Assembly: GCA_002104905.1 (NCBI GenBank)
Contig: MCFE01000337.1
Coordinates: 1-64,000, forward strand
Direction of reading: 5' to 3'
Origin: Basidiobolus meristosporus CBS 931.73
Taxonomy: Eukaryota > Fungi > Basidiobolomycota
DNA length: 64,000 nt
The first letter of the stretch is position 1. Each line of letters opens with the position of its first letter. This document shows positions 1 to 13,322 of the stretch, one piece after another. The position numbers and the translations under genes were made by a program. The notes below the pieces were generated by a model, which was not told the DNA's origin, ran no database searches, and was given only the letters and a program-made list of their open reading frames with translations.

Positions 1-372
1 CAAGCTACAGGCTGCACTGCAGTAAGTGATACTTGCTATCAAGATGCTGTGAAAATGACTTTTAAGGAAGTCAATGTGGCACTATCCAACAGTGTAGTGG
101 GTCACAGTGACACCCACTGACAGATCTGCTCATTCCTATATTTGCTACTTCCCTATTTCTCTACTTCACTTATTTTAGTTTTATCCCATTTGTCTTACTT
201 GATCAGTACTATCCCATAAGCTGGCTGATTATCACACTTGCTTACCTTATTGCATAAGTTATCCCTCACTCTATGTAAGATTACCAGCTGTAAGTCCTTC
301 TATATTAGGCAAGTACCTGTGCCTGTACCTATGACACATGATACCATTTCTATACCATATATGGTATCCTTA

Positions 373-605
373 TGTTACACAGGTTTCAGAGTACTAATTT
401 CTGATTGTTGACTTAGCCAGTGAGAAAAGTATATAAGGGAGGCAATCCCTCAACAATAAATCTTCATCCCTTTTATCAATATACCAACTTGTTGATTAGT
501 GTGATCACTGCTACCTGCTTCTGCCTGAACTTCCAACCCCAGACCACAGGACACTCCCAGGAAACCATGCTGACAGCCAACTGACCTTGGAGGCACTACT
601 CAACA
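373..605 (+). mobile_element. LTR-like fragment of an unidentified retroelement
   Basis: Begins TGTTA and ends CAACA. Contains a TATA-like GTATATAAG (~428-436) followed by AATAAA, in a CpG-free context. No partner LTR found. Confidence 0.3.
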
Positions 606-1329
606 GGTATACTCAGAGTAGCTATCATTTTTTATATTTGATTCTTGCCCAAGTTTGTTCTTGTACAGGCAAAGATACTTTTCTGTCTTTGTAGCTATTG
701 GCCATAGCTGCATTCTTATCAAGTCCCTGTAGGTGGAGTTTACAGTTGTTTTGACTTTGGGAGCTTTAGTACATTGTCATCTCAAAGAATGCTGAACCCA
801 GCACATACTTTTGTTAAGACACCAACTAAGTTGGGGATTGTAGCTGAATAGTTTTCCTTTGACAAGCTTGTGGCCTTATTCCCCATCACATTAGATTAGA
901 GACAGAACCCAAGTATTCCTAGCAAGCTTTTGCCAGAGGTTGTTGCACCCAGTGAACACCCCACACACAAAACACTTGAGAAGTGTTGGATGAATCTGTC
1001 CCATAGACTTATACTCCACCACAACAGTTTGAGTGTAATGGTATATATGAGAGCATATCAATCCTGTTTATTATGAAGCTCCTACAAACAGCTACTAGTT
1101 AGGCTGTGGTACTCTGTGATACCTAATAAAGCCTATCAAGATGCAAATGAAAGATCTGAGTACATATCAGAAATTTCAGTCCAAGAAAGTTATGCCTGTA
1201 TCAGAAGAATATATATGATCTATCTAAGTCAATTCAAGAAGGCAGCATGCAAAAGAAGAGGTACCTTCAGTGGGAGTACAATATCCCAGATCAGGAATGA
1301 AGAAACCTAGTCTAACTATCATTTAAAGC

Positions 1330-2260
1330 ACAAGTCAGGAAGAGGAAATATTGGTTCAACCTGTGACAATAAAGGCTAGCACAATGCTGACCAGTTATTG
1401 GTTCAAGCAGATAATATACAGAATATACCAGGAAAGTCAATGTCCAGATCCAGTTATTTGATATATGGAGAATAGTCAAGGTGAATTTGACTATGTTCCA
1501 GAACTGTGGATTATCCAGATCTATTGGAATGAAACTCCATCATAACTTTGCCAGTTATAGACCAGTTATGCTGAAATAAAAAACAGAAGAAAGCCTGACA
1601 GCACAGCTACCTAATGGTAGGCAGTATGACCAGATATAATCAGTATCTGAGCAGTTTTACTCTAAACAAGTGGATGATACTCATCCATAAATATTTTGTG
1701 ATGAAATCAGAATTCAGACTTGAAGTAATTTGATTGGAAGTATGTAATTAACACTATAGGCTTATACTTAATTATTACTGATAACATCCAATCCCTAACA
1801 TATACTAGAGAATATATTAGTCCAATAGGTTAGATGGTTATTTGCAGGTCTAGTTTAAACCAAAAGATACACATCACCACAGCAAGTTCATAAGTATACA
1901 AATATTATGTAAGTGGAAGTGTTGAAATAATTAGGAGTCCACCTAATTCTCAATATAGTATAATCTAGCACTTAGTTAAGTGACATGTTTTGGAATATCA
2001 ACTTAGAAACTAGTTTGTAAGATATTGGTTAATTATTAGAAATTATTGAAGTACAGAATCTTATGAAAATCTGCAACTTGTCCAAATGAGCAGAAACTTG
2101 GCACATGTACTCTTGAGACTCCCCTAGTGATGAACAAGTATTGCATACATGTAGTTTTGAATAAGTATAAATACTGTGTTGCAACTCAATAAATCACCAA
2201 GTGTATATTGTGGATATCTTCTAATTCTCCAATTCAATTCAAATATATCTCTTTAGTACC
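1330..2260 (+). mobile_element. Highly degenerate Ty1/copia relic (integrase and RNase H remnants plus a 3' LTR starting at ~1,920)
   Basis: A DSQGEF-like integrase remnant lies at ~1,475 and RNase H-like remnants at ~1,700-1,900. A purine tract (AAGTGGAAG) directly precedes TGTTGAAA at 1,920. The LTR has AAGTATAAATACTG...CTCAATAAA and weakly resembles the 349-bp LTR family. Confidence 0.5.
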
Positions 2261-4113
2261 TTAAAAGGCTCTTCAGCAAGATGTCAGCAGATGTACATTA
2301 GAAGATATATAACAAGACAAGTATTGTAGTATAGAATGAGCAAAGAGAGAGGGGCTTTGATGTGGAGGCTGCATGCAAACAATTCCACATGCAACTTGCT
2401 CAGTATGGAACATACACATCTGCTTTTGCCTAAACTTTGCAAACCAAGGAGATTTTGAGCAAGTTGTTACCTCAAACTACCAATGTACTGTATGATTTAT
2501 CAGCAGAGTTAGGTAGATTCTAAGAGCAATATACACAGCACTTGTCAAGGAAACATCTCCAAAGTATCAGAATAAAGGTAGGTGAATGCCTTAAGGAATC
2601 CAAAGGTGAGCTTCAAGAGGAAGAATACAGACTGCAAACAACTGCATCAAGTTTGCACCTGCATGCTCATTGGAATCCTTACCATTCATTGCAATACTAA
2701 TACACTAGTGAGTGTCAATCCAACCTACATCAATCTCCTCCTTAAGAGTACTGTGTCTCAAGCCAATATATGCAGTTCAGAGCAATACTTGAAGAACCTA
2801 CCAAGCTGCTCGATCAGACACAAATCTATTAGAGCAGGCAACATTGCATTCATGTGAAGTGTCACATTGAACTCAGCCAAGGGCCACACCAATGCATCAT
2901 GCTGAACCAGCATTTGCTGTTACTTCTAACAATCTGCAAGTGGCTGCTTGTCAACTGACTGATGAGAGTCCAATGGAGGTACCTCAGCCTCAGGAGCCTT
3001 TGGCAAGTAAAAGAAGGTGGCAGTGCACAGTACCCCAGGCTAGCTTTGTAACATCATCTGGTGCCATTCAGTGTAGCCAAGCTACAGAACTGCCCTAACC
3101 AGGATGCAAAACACTGAATACAGGTGCACAAGTAGCTAAGATAACAGTAAACAAGGAAGTAGTTTAGGTATGCAAAATGAATCATCACTATTGTATCCAA
3201 GAGAGAAGTGTAATAAAGCTCATGAATAGTTTAACTAAACCTAAGGGACAACTGAGTGCAGAATCTTAGATTTGTCAGAGAGAGGTAATATATTAGCAGA
3301 GAGATTCTAGTCTAATATTGGTCCTGTATATAGCTGGGCTTGGCTATGCAGGCAATAGAGCTGGTTGTCTATGCAGGCTAGGCTTGGTGTTCTTGGGAAT
3401 GCTAGATATGCTAGGATTGGGTACAAAGTAGAACAAAATTGTCTATTATGAATTTTGCTGAGACAAAATCTTCATTTTGTTGAAAACACAATTAACCAAA
3501 TGACTCAGTAAGCTCTATTTATACTTTTCTGATCAAGTTCTATTAGTATGCACCAGGAGACTGGACTAATTGAGATCAGTTTGGATATTGATAGGTGCAT
3601 AAGAAATATGAAAATTGCATCACCAATCAGCTGATGTCTTGGCAGCTGCTAAGTGATTGAATATATCTCAGATGACTAATCAGTTAGAAAGCCTTAGGAG
3701 AGCAGTTGAGGATATAATGACCACATGAAACTGATCAGGTATGACAGCTAAAAGTAGATCTCAAGGTAGGATAAAATAAATCATAACTGGGATTAGTCAT
3801 GTTTGGTTTAGAGAAAATCAGTTAGTGAACTTGATTTTCTCATGCAGCCAACTGGCCAAGTTTTCAAATGTTGATGCACCACAACTACTATGTATTTCAG
3901 TAGTACTATCTGTGAGAAAAAGTCTAGGAGGCAATGGTAAAACTGTCCTGAATTACTAATATTTGTCACAATCCAAACAGCAGAAATATTCTCTTTGCAA
4001 TATAAATCAAACCATAGCAACCCAAGGATTACAGAATATTTGATATAAGTAGAACTAAGGTCATTTCACATTTGAGACAGAACCCCTGTAAGTATATGCC
4101 CTGCATATATATT

Positions 4114-4610
4114 AGACTTGTTCTGTTGGATAGTGCTACATTAAGCCATGAGTGCCAATTGATGCCATAATGTGCCAGGGAGGCCAAGTAAGCCTGTACT
4201 TGGCCACAGAGTGTGAAACATAGCTCTTCATCTTTATGCAAAGCAGCCCCTGTGTTTTGCTCATTAACCGGAAAAAATCAAATTTTTGACCTTTTGTTTA
4301 GGTCAATGTTGTGCAGGATATGTAAGAGAACAAAAGGACTGAAGACATGCATCTGGCACTCAATACCCCTAGTACTCTGAATCTAGCTCCTGTGGCTTGC
4401 AACATGTCTCAAAAATGCATGGCACTATCTTGATCCACTGGTACTATCTGGCACCATAATCAAACCTTAGCCCTAAAATAAAACTTATACAAAGCACTTA
4501 TAGTGCCTGATAGAGCCAGTGGTCCAAGACAGTGGTATTATCATGCACAATTACTCTTAGAGACTGCAGATTGCTCCACACACTCTGGCATGGTGCTATG
4601 GAACAAGTCT
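4114..4610. mobile_element. Non-autonomous TIR element (MITE), longer copy
   Basis: Termini AGACTTGTTC (4,114) and GAACAAGTCT (4,601-4,610) match the TIRs of the element at 13,392-13,602. There are subterminal GTGCC repeats on the left and GGCAC/TGGCA repeats on the right. Confidence 0.7.
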
Positions 4611-4859
4611 AATATTCCTGCTTTCTCACTCACTTTCAATATCTTCAAAGCATTGACAACAAGCAATTTCTAGCCATGGACATCAAGACAACAGCATCAT
4701 GGGACTCTAGTGGCTGATCTGGATATAATCCTCCAGAAGTGATTACCACTATATGATAAAGCAGAAGATCCATCAGGACTAGGAATAGCCCAAATTACCA
4801 TTGCAATAAGGATACAAACTTACCTTTTGCCTATTTAGTCTATATAGATGATGCCCAGA

Positions 4860-5660
4860 CTGTAAAAGCGGCACCAAATAGACAGCAACCCAAGTTTTGG
4901 AGCTCAGCAATGGCTGATGGGTAAGAGGGCTGGATGAGAAATCAAACTTGAGACTTAGTCAGATTACTGATGAGCTAATATTAATTTGATGCAGATAGGT
5001 CTACAAGATAGGACATGAGGCTGATGGTGAAATGGAATAATACAAGGAAATACCTGTGGCCAAAGGATGCTTGCAAACTCAAAGACTAGACTGCACTGAA
5101 ACCTATGCACCATTGGCCAGGTGTAATCCATCAGACTCATGTTGGCTGTTGCAGCCAAATGAAAGTTTTGTATTTCTTGAATGTATTTGAACACTTCATT
5201 TTTGAGTGGTGAACCTGATATGTATATGCACATGCCCCAGTCCAATGGGTTTGCTGACCAAGACAATCCTCCTTTAGCTGCAAGACTAAAAAAATCTGAA
5301 CAGTCTTCAACAGTTACCAAGAGCCTGGAACAGTAAGATAGATTCCTATTTGGAATCTCTAAGTTTCTAAAGGAGTACTGCTGATCTTAGTATTAGCTGT
5401 AAGTCAGATAGAGAAATCCCAGTGTTATTAGCTCTTTATGTGGTTGAACTTATCAAAGCCATCAATAATGGTGAGAAATTAGAAGTGACTGAATCCAATA
5501 TACCTAATTTGCAAATGTGAGATCTAGTAGAACTCAGTTACTACTTAGGGATAAAGTTCTCCATAAACAGAAGTGCCAAGAGTACTACTCTAAGCCAGCC
5601 CAATTATATTCCAGATATATTTACAAGGTACTAAATACAAGACTGTAAACCAGTAGCTAC
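4860..5660 (+). pseudogene. Degenerate Ty1/copia reverse transcriptase fragment
   Basis: By eye it aligns with the reverse complement of the RT region at ~10,950-10,050 (e.g. GACCAAGACAATCC, CCAAGAGCCTGGAA, AAGATAGATTCCTATTTGGAATCT). It has many stops and frameshifts. Confidence 0.75.
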
Positions 5661-5899
5661 TCCAGAGGAGACCCTATGAAAATCTCAAACTTGGAATTCA
5701 TCTGATTTTAGCTGGTATTCTGCCGGTAATCTGATGATATTTTGCTGGTATTCAGCTGGTGTTTTGGGCTCAAAATTTCAAATGCAATTCTTGATAAAAT
5801 AATGGGCAGCTAATTACCAGATTTGGTATGGATGCTAGTTTGCCTAGTCTCCTCCTGGAGAACTTGTTTTCTTCCCTTCCCATCTGCTCAGAACAGAGA

Positions 5900-8800
5900 T
5901 ATTGAGAGTTGTCAGTTTTGAGAAATTTGGAAATCAGCCAACACTATGATAGTGTTTTACTGGCCTTTTCTCAGTTTTTTTTCTTAGGGAGACAAAACAT
6001 AACTTGCTCCAAAGTCCAATAAATCAATTGAGCTTAGTGCTGTCTGAAAGCCTGGACTTCTCTCACCAATATGTCACAGACATTCAAATTGATATCATGC
6101 TTGGGACACACACATATATCACATATTAAGTGGGAGTTGTCAACTCATGAAAGGTCACAGATGTCATGTGAGCATGATACTACTCTCCTCTTCTGAAGAG
6201 CTTTCCTCATGCTTTTAGCTTTGGCTTGTTAGGGTATGTCTGATGAGATAGCACAACTGGATCTTGGCAATTTGTTAGGTTTGTAGCTTGTTCCCAAATT
6301 TTATCATTTACGCTTGGGACTAGACTGCCATTTGTTGTCTGCAAACTTCTTTTAACCCTCATGGGCTAAGGATAGTACTTTCTTAAGTGTTTCGTAAACT
6401 TCAATAATTACTGATGCATGCTCAGGTGCTTACCAGACCATTGCTGCTCTTCCTCTCCTAAGACCCTACCAGAGAATGCCTCCTGCAAGCCCCCACCCCC
6501 TTTCTTTTAGGGGAGGAGGTTCTTACAGCCCTCTGGTGCTCTGGGGGGGTGGGGGTAACTGGGCAAATTGTTGGCCCCCAATTGGCAGGGGCCCCCCTTC
6601 CCCTCTCCTACACCAATCAAAGGCTTGCTGGGTGGCTCATTGGGCTTGTTGGAATCTAAATATTAAATTGTGGATCAAAACCATTATTTCCATAGAATGG
6701 GTTGCACTATCACATAAGTTGTTATAGGCAAATTCTGCAAGTGGTAGCAGCCAAGTTCAGTTGTCTTGCTGATAGTTAATATAGCCTTGAAGGTATTGTT
6801 CAAGGATCTGGTTAATTCTTTCAGCCTGACCATCTGACTGAGCATGGACAGCAGTTGAAACTTGACCTGCTCACCAAGATATTGCATGAAGTGTTTCCAG
6901 AACTTTGATATGAGCTGGGGTCCTCTATCCAGTACAATGCTACTGGGGATACCATAGAGCTGGAAAATATTCTTAATTACTAAGTCTGCTTGGCATCTAA
7001 GTTCTTAGAGCAGGGAATCAAATGAGCCATCTTTGTGAGTACATCTGCCACTACTAGGACTGAACTGAATTGGATAGATTCTGGGAGGTCTGTAATGAAG
7101 TTCATTGAAATTGACTTTCATTGCTGGTTGGGGACTAGCAAGGGTTGGAGAAGCTCATTTAGCTGGTGTCTGGCAGATTTTGCACAATTACATGTATCAC
7201 ATGATTGGAGGTACTCCTTGACAAGGGATATCATCTTGGGCCACCAGAGGTCTCTCTTGATTCTATTCATGGTTTTGGCAATACCAAAATGTCCTGCAGC
7301 CATTGAATCATGGTGAGAATGGATGCTGTCCAACTGGGTATCATGGTCTGGGACAGTCAGTTGGTGCTTGTGATGGATGATGTCAATGAATAGGTGTAGG
7401 TACCAGAGGTTTGGGAACTTGGGTGGTGGATCAGTGGAAGACTTAAAGCATCTCTTCAATGTTGTGGCTGTGAGATTGATGGCTTGCCTGGTCTTGACTT
7501 TCTCAACAAGTAAGGGAGCAATAATGCTGAAGGACTGGGTTGCAAGAAGTTCAAAGTTTCTTTTGGTGAGTACAGGGTTTTTAATTTCTTAGCAGGAATC
7601 ATCCCGATCTGCAATGCTTTTACTATTGGATGTGATTATTAGCCATAAGCCCCATCAGGTCTATTGTCAGCTTGTAGAAGAGATTTGTGTTCATTTGTTT
7701 GTGCCAACAATACCTCCAAAGTTGGTCCATTGGCAACAACAAAAAAGAGAGAAGTAACCCTGATTCCTCCAATTTCAATTGGTACAGAGTGACAAAGTAC
7801 AAACATGTTCTTTGTTGCCACTGTTGTAGCTCCCATTTTCCAATCAACTTCTGTCAATGGCAATTTGGTTTTTCATAGTCATAGCAGTCCTGGAATTGAT
7901 CACTGATTTAGAGTCACAAATACATTCCACTTCATCATTGTTGATTGCAGCTGCATAACATCCTGTTGTGTTAGAGTAAAAGGCTCTTGGACCTGCCCTG
8001 ATGGGTCTGATATTGCAAGTACATAATGTTTAGTGCTTGGAATTTCTGTGATCTTTTGGATGTGTATATACATTGATGTTGTGGTGCTTTTAGGTGGTTC
8101 TTCTTGAGCCAGTACATAGGATCTCATTCTACCATAACATCTGTTGATAGGCAAGGGGTTTCTAGTGGTATCAGAGATCTTCCCATAGCCATTAATCATA
8201 ATTTTATGACTGACAATATCAATATTCAATAGTTGACAACCACAATAGCTGTGTTCAGCTGATTTGCTGTAAACACAATACTTGATTTGCTGTTGATGGT
8301 TATTGGTTGTTTTGGGACTTTCTGTTCCAGCTTTGTTCAAGCTACATGACAATGTATCTTGAGAGTCCAACTTAAACATCAGTTTTCCTAATGCATCAAT
8401 TAATCTAGTAACCTGATCACTTTGCAGCTTATTTGTACAATGAAGAATCTGTTTAACTGGAGTAGAAGCCCTCATTTAATTGTTTTTAGAATTCATGACC
8501 TGTCTCCCTGATTGATAATTTAACACCATATGTTTAACATTGTTGTAGGAGCTTGTAGCCTGAACTTGATGGCTAATTGCATTACATATTGCAGGAGGCA
8601 TATTCATCAGAAAATAGCTTCTTTGATAAAATCTTGAAATTCCAGTAGCTCTTTGACATGCCTTGCTTTTGACTCAAGCTTTTGAGTGTACTTTTGAAAG
8701 GGTTTGGTTCTTATTGCAAGGCATTTCTAGCTCATTTAGTATAGCAAACTATGCCTCCTTTTGGTACTCAGCTAAAATAGCTTGTTGGGCAGTGTCCTTG

Positions 8801-8988
8801 TTAAAATAGCACTAACAGGTATCTTAAATGGGTCTATACTAAGAATCTTGATACCTCAACCTCACAGAGAAAAGGAAACAACTGGATTTTGCACTTAGGT
8901 GATAACTCAAACACTGCCGCTATATCATCAAATGCTTCTAGAAACTTAGTGACATAAACTCCTGTGAGTTTACTGGAATAGCATCTTT
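5900..8988 (-). mobile_element. Ty3/gypsy (chromovirus-type) relic, 3' part: gag, protease, integrase, chromodomain, PPT and start of 3' LTR
   Basis: ORF 7118-7459 has the gypsy integrase HHCC region (HDSMAAGHFGIAKT...WWPKM...CDTC). Integrase core remnants lie at 6,700-7,100. The chromodomain end KIWEQATNLTNCQDPVV..HQTYPNKP is at ~6,210-6,310, and a purine tract precedes an LTR start at ~6,179. A protease-like ORF is at 7639-7863 and gag-like remnants at 7,900-8,988. The left boundary is uncertain. Confidence 0.75.
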
Positions 8989-9337
8989 TGTTGTAAGAGT
9001 CTTGGAGATATTGGAAGTGATTTGGAGAACAAGTAGATTATGTGGTTTTCACTTAATGATTTATTGAATGTAAAATTAGTATTTATACTTTTACCTGGCC
9101 TTGGCATTACAAACACATAGCATAGGTTAAGAAAGGTCCCAGGAACATGTGTGCAAAGTTTGGGGCTGTTTGGACAACTTTGAGAATTTTCATGTTCTGA
9201 GTACCTGGTATTTTGGTGAAAATATTCTAAGTAAATCCCAACAAGGAATTTGGTCAGTATTCTCTAGGATTTGAAGGTGATGATCTAAGTGACTAAGTTA
9301 GGTGAATATTTAGGTGGAATTACAAATTTTTACAACA
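8989..9337 (-). repeat. 3' LTR of copia copy 1 (349 bp)
   Basis: Runs TGTTGTAAGAG...TTTTACAACA and is near-identical to the LTRs at 13,323, 16,611 and 21,276. The polypurine tract TGAGTGGGAG (minus strand) is at 9,338-9,347. Confidence 0.95.
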
Positions 9338-9348
9338 CTCCCACTCAG

Positions 9349-12300
9349 CTAAATGTTCATACTGACTAGTCCTAATTTTGACCTAAGATATTCAAACTTG
9401 TCTCTAGCTAATGGTTTGGTAAATATGTCTGCAATCATTTCATCTGTAGGACAGTATACTAAGCTAACTAAGTTATTCTCTATAGCTTCACGTATGAAAT
9501 GATGTCTAATATCTATGTGCTTGGTTCTAGCATGAAAAGTTGGATTTCTACCTAATTGTATACATCCTAGATTATCTTGAAATAAAGTAATAGGCGTTTT
9601 TTGACATAGGCCTAAATCTGTTAAGAGTTTTCTCATCCACATTGCTTCTTTTGTTGCTTCACAGGCTGCCATATACTCTGCCTCTGTAGTAGAAAGTGCT
9701 ACGGTTGGTTGCTTTCTTGAATTCCATGAAATTGCTCCTTTTCAGTAAAGAGAGGTATATCCTTTGGTGGATCTTCTGTCTTCCATATTTCATCCCCAAT
9801 CAGCATCAGAGTATCCCACAAGGTCCTGTTCTGAATCCTTATAAGTGTATCTTAAGCAGATATCAGCAGTTCCTTTTAGGTATCTAAAAATCCGCTTAAC
9901 TGCTGCAATATGATCAGATCCATAGTTCTGATTATGTTGGCTGACAACTCCCACTAAATATGAGATATCTGGACGTGTTCCAAGCATGATATACATCAGA
10001 CTGCCAATCATAGATTGATAAGGAAAGTCAGGGCTTTCAGATGGCACCAAGCTCTCTTGATTTGGTTGAGTTTTGACCAAGTTAAGGTTTGTCTCCATTG
10101 GGGTAGCTGCCAGTTTACAGTCTTTCATTTTGTACTTCTTTAGTATATCTTGAATATACTTAGATTGGCTTAGGGTGATAGTCTGGGTACTTCTGTCTAT
10201 GGAGAACTTAATCCCTAAGTAGTAACTGAGTTCTCCTAGATTGGACATCTTGAACTCCCTAGATAGGTTGGATTTAGTCTCTTCCAATGTTTCTAGGTTA
10301 TTGGTGGCTATAATAAGATCATCCACATATAGAGCTAATAGAACTGGATTTGCTCTACCTGGCTTATAGTATATACTATAGTCAGCATTACTCCTTTTGA
10401 AACTCAAAGATTCCAAATAAGAATCTATCTTGCAATTCCAGGCTCTTGGTGATTGTTTGAGACCATATAGTGACTTTTTAAGCTTGCAGACCAAATGGGG
10501 GTTATCTTGGTCAACAAACCCATCAGGCAGGTCCATATACATGTCCTCATCAAGTTCTCCATTCAAAAATGCAGTTTTTACATCCATTTGATGAATAAAA
10601 AACTTATATTTGGCTGCAATAGCCAATATTAATCTGATGGAATTAAACTTGGCTACTGGTGCAAAGGTCTCAGTATAGACAAGTCCTTTTGTTTGAGAGT
10701 ATCCTTTGGCTACAAGTCTTGCTTTGTATCTTTCAATTGTGCCATCAGCCTTGTATTTTGTCTTGAAGACCCATCTGCTTCCAATTGATTTTCGGTTGAT
10801 TGGTTATTTGACTAAGTCCCAAGTTTGATTTTCCATCAGGGCCTGATATTCCTCAGTCATTGCAGATCTCCAAAACTTTGTCTGAGGGCTATTTGGGGCC
10901 TCTTTTACAGTCTGGGGTTCATCAATATGGACTGAATAGGCATAGGCTAAGTTTGTATCCTCATTGATATAGTAATTTGGGCTATTTCTTGTCTGATTGG
11001 ATCTCCAGGCATTTGATACTGGAATGCTCACTTCTGGGATATTCCTGGGCACTGATTCTGGCTGAACCACGGTTGTAGAGTCCTCTGGAGTGAAAAAATT
11101 TCATTGTTTTGCTCTGATTCAATTCTGACAATTGGTGGACTTGAGATCAAATTTTTGTCATCATCTGATGTCATTTTTTGTGAAAATTTTGAATTTTCAT
11201 CAAACAACACATCCCTGGACTTGATCAGCTTCTTTGCTTTGGTATTGTAGAGTCTGAATGCCTTACTCTCATTGCAGTAGCCCAAAAATATGCATTTTAC
11301 ACTTTTTGGCTCAAATTTTGACTGATTTCCGGCCAGTTTTTTGGCATATGCTGTACACCCAAATATTCTTAGATGTTCTGCAATTGGTCTGTATCCGTAC
11401 CATGCTTCAAATGGAGTAGAATCACAAAGTATTCTGTTATAACTCCTATTTTTAAGATATTCAGCAGTGGCAATTGATTCCACCCAAAAATCATAGGATA
11501 ATTTTTGATCATGGATCATAGATCTTGCCATATCAATTATTGATCTGTTAGCTTGTTCTGCTACTCCATTTTGCTGTGGGGAGTATGGTACAGCAGTCTC
11601 TTGCTTTATCCCATGAATTTTGCAGAAGTGGATGAAGAGTTTTGAGGTATATTCTCCACCATTGTCAGAGCATATTTTCTTGATTTTTTCACCAGTTTCT
11701 CTCTCCACCATGGCTTTAAGCTCCCTGAACTTAGACATAGCATCTTCCTTTTTCTCCATGAAGTAGACCCATGTGTATCTTGTATAATCATCAATAAAAG
11801 CAATTACATACTTCATCCCGCCTAAGGATAAATTTTGCATAGGTCCACACAGATCTGAGTGAATGAGATCTAATTTTTTCTTAGTTTTGATTAACCCAGA
11901 GCTCTTAAACGGTTGTCCGGCTTGTTTCCCATATATGCAGGCTTCACAGTGCTCTAAATTAGCTGGGGGATCAATTTTCACTCCAGAATTTGCTGATCTT
12001 TGATCATTTTACGCAAATAATCAAAATTGATGTGTCCAAATCTCCTGTGCCAAAGCATTGGTGTTTCTTCATTTAAGTTACTTATATTGGCTTCCAAATA
12101 TGATGGAATATAAATCAACTTGTATAGATTCTGATCTCTGATGCCCAAAGCAATATGGGCACCATTTTGATCAGTGATCCTGCATCCAGAATTGTCAAAA
12201 CTGAAACTGAGTCCTTCTGCTGTGGCCTTGCTTACAGGGAGTAGGTTCTTGGCTATTTCTGGTACATAGAGTACTTCTTTAAAGATCAGTGTATGGCTTC

Positions 12301-13291
12301 CTTTACTGCTTCTAAGGTTTACTTGGATAGTTCCTTCTCCCACTGCATCAAGTGCTCTATTGTCACCCATGAAAACCTTCTTAATTGGAATTTCTTGATA
12401 TTGGGTAAAAAGTTCTTTTTGGTGTGTAAAGTGTTGAGAAGCTCCAGAGTCAATATACCATGTCTGAGAATCCTTGTTTGTGGTCATATTTAGTGCAGAT
12501 ATGAAAAGTCTATCTTCAGTTGTTGCAGCATTTCCATATTCAGGCCTCTTTTGCTGACTATCTCTCTTTCTCAAGCACTGGTCTATTGTGTGTCCTTTCC
12601 TTTTGCAGTAGTTGCAAAATAGGTTGCTGTTGCCTTTGTAGGGTCTTGGGTACCTCCTTTGTTGGTTATCATTGCTTATTAAAGCACTTTCTTCTTCCTT
12701 CTTATTGGCGCTTGATTTTCTTAATTCTTCATCCAGGAGCCTTCCTTATACATAATTTAAGGTCAAAACTTCAGTTCTGGACTCTAGGGCTGATACAAGG
12801 CCCTGAAACTTGTCTGTCAGGCTATTCAGGATGGTAACTATCACATCCTCATCAGTAGTTGGTACGCCCACTGATTCCATCTCATCTACCAGCAGGGTAA
12901 TTCTGTTAATTAGATTTTTCATTTCTTCTCCTAGCAGCATCTTTGTAGTAAAGAATTTTTGTCTCAGATACATCTTCTTAGCAGCTGAACATGACTGGTA
13001 GGTGACCTCTAATGCTTTCCAGGCATTCTTTGCCGTTTTTGCTCTTGAGCATTGAATTAGCAATTTGTCCTTGACATTGAGGCAAATGCAGTTAAAGGCA
13101 CTTTGTTCTTACTTCTGGTACTTTAAAGCTTCCTCTCCCACGTTTTTAGGAGGGCATTCTGCTCCCTTGACAATATCCCAAAGGCCTCTTTCTTGTAGCA
13201 GCATCTTCATCTTCACCTTCCACACTTGGTAGTTAGATCCATCCAACTTTTCAGCAGAGGGAAAAATTCCATTAATAGCAGTAGTAGACAT
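9349..13291 (-). pseudogene. Copia gag-pol, broken by stops and frameshifts
   Basis: The fragments encode: gag (KLDGSNYQVWKVKMKMLL), protease (WYIDSGAS), GAG-pre-integrase (LWHRRFGH...CEAC), integrase core (IHSDLCGP...SDNGGEY...PQQNGVAE), RT (QMDVKTAFLNG, LYGLKQSPRAW, LYVDD) and RNase H (GYSDADWG, TKHIDIRHHFIRE). Confidence 0.93.
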
Positions 13292-13310
13292 TGCAGAGAG
13301 TGACAGCTTG

Positions 13311-13322
13311 GGGCTCATAACC
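13311..13322 (-). other. Primer binding site GGTTATGAGCCC (half-tRNA-iMet, Ty5/copia type)
   Basis: Directly abuts the CAACA end of the 5' LTR on the minus strand. An identical PBS is at 21,264-21,275. Confidence 0.85.

Noticed and set aside
1116-4241. Short ORFs of 60-90 aa in the repeat block
   Set aside because: They are chance frames within decayed retroelement sequence and have no coherent motifs.
5690-5830. Repeated GCTGGTATT motifs suggesting a DNA-transposon end
   Set aside because: No matching opposite TIR or TSD could be found.
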